In this document: in pieces, positions 63,199 through 64,000 of the stretch
How positions within the stretch are numbered: the first letter of the stretch is position 1
Layout: each line of letters begins with the position of its first letter
Assembly (NCBI RefSeq): GCF_006345805.1
Contig: NC_043020.1
Coordinates: forward strand, 5,766,001-5,830,000
Reading direction: 5' to 3'
Length of the DNA stretch: 64,000 nt
DNA from: Octopus sinensis
Taxonomy: Eukaryota
Position numbers and translations under genes: made by a program
Notes under the pieces: model-generated
Database searches by the model: none
What the model was told of the DNA's origin: nothing
Seen by the model: the letters and a program-made list of their open reading frames with translations, nothing else

Positions 63199-63692
63199 GT
63201 AAGAAACTGCTTAACAAAACTGGATATAAATCTTTATTGTTTTATTATAAAGTCATTGTTTTCTCTACTGGAAAAATTCAGTCTCTTTAAAGACAAATGG
63301 ATTAGCAAGGATGAAGATAGACTGAGGTTAGTAAATCAAACTAACTAAAGTTTTTTTATACATTCACAGAGGTTAGCCAGCATTAATAACTGGTACATGT
63401 GACTACAGGTCCCACTTGGATTTTATATCTCTACCATGCACACACACACACACACATAGGTCTATGTATAAACATATGCATGTATATATATGTGTGTGTG
63501 TGTGTGTGCGTGTGTGTGTGTGCATTTATATATATGTGTATATAGACGTATAAACATCTATATACACATTAAGCAACACTAATAATAAATCAAAAAACAT
63601 AAGAATAAACAAGATTTTGATGGTTTTATAGATATTTCAAAATTATGATGCTAGGTGTTTCCATTATTTTGTCCAATCCCTGTATACACATA

Positions 63693-63730
<38 letters not shown>

Positions 63731-63739
63731 CTCCCTAAA

Positions 63740-64000
63740 AGAAATGTTAGACATAAAAGCATCGGATGTGGTGCACAAGAGAGACGACTGCGCTGGTATG
63801 GTCATGTGCTGCATATGGATGAGGTTAGCTGTATGAAGAAGTGTCACACCCTAACAATGGAAGGGAACCTGTGGAAGAGGGAGACCCAGGATGACATGAT
63901 ATGAGGTGGGGAAGCACGACCTTCGAACATTGGGCCTCACAGACGCAATGACATTAGACCAAGACCTTTGCTATGATTGAGAACACCTGGCAGGTAAAGT
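63740..64000 (+). mobile_element. RTE LINE 3' ORF-end fragment (similar fragments at ~5690-5830 and ~41070-41250)
   Basis: caagagagacgactgcgctggtatggtcatgtg...ggaagagggagacccagg...aagcacgaccttcgaac matches 18736-18900. Confidence 0.75.

Overview
AT-rich, repeat-dense metazoan genomic DNA. The repeat families resemble those of coleoid cephalopods, probably Octopus (inference, no database search). One gene is fully reconstructable: mitochondrial ATP synthase F1 gamma subunit (ATP5F1C) on the minus strand, 7 coding exons (23672-23635, 21127-21093, 16689-16558, 13480-13279, 10662-10519, 8296-8076, 6597-6497). All its introns are GT-AG with matching phases; 873 nt = 290 aa + stop. The rest is mostly tRNA-derived SINEs, decayed RTE, CR1 and RLE-type LINE fragments, TTAA (piggyBac-like) and hAT-like MITEs, Helentron-like HINEs, minisatellite/satellite arrays, microsatellites and a 100-N gap (33523-33622). 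A second promoter-like motif cluster (~48330) and several orphan exon-like segments suggest another gene that I cannot identify or assign to a strand. The best leads are RNA-structure and splicing features: (1) a ~30-39 bp exon-intron duplex at 63012-63159 that on the minus strand sequesters an in-frame UAA; (2) near-identical inverted SINEs flanking ATP5F1C exons 5-6; (3) a 17-copy array of U1-type 5' splice sites in intron 4; (4) a donor overlapping the ATP5F1C stop codon at the position of the vertebrate heart/liver alternative junction; (5) several long foldback palindromes. No prokaryotic-type system (CRISPR etc.) is present.
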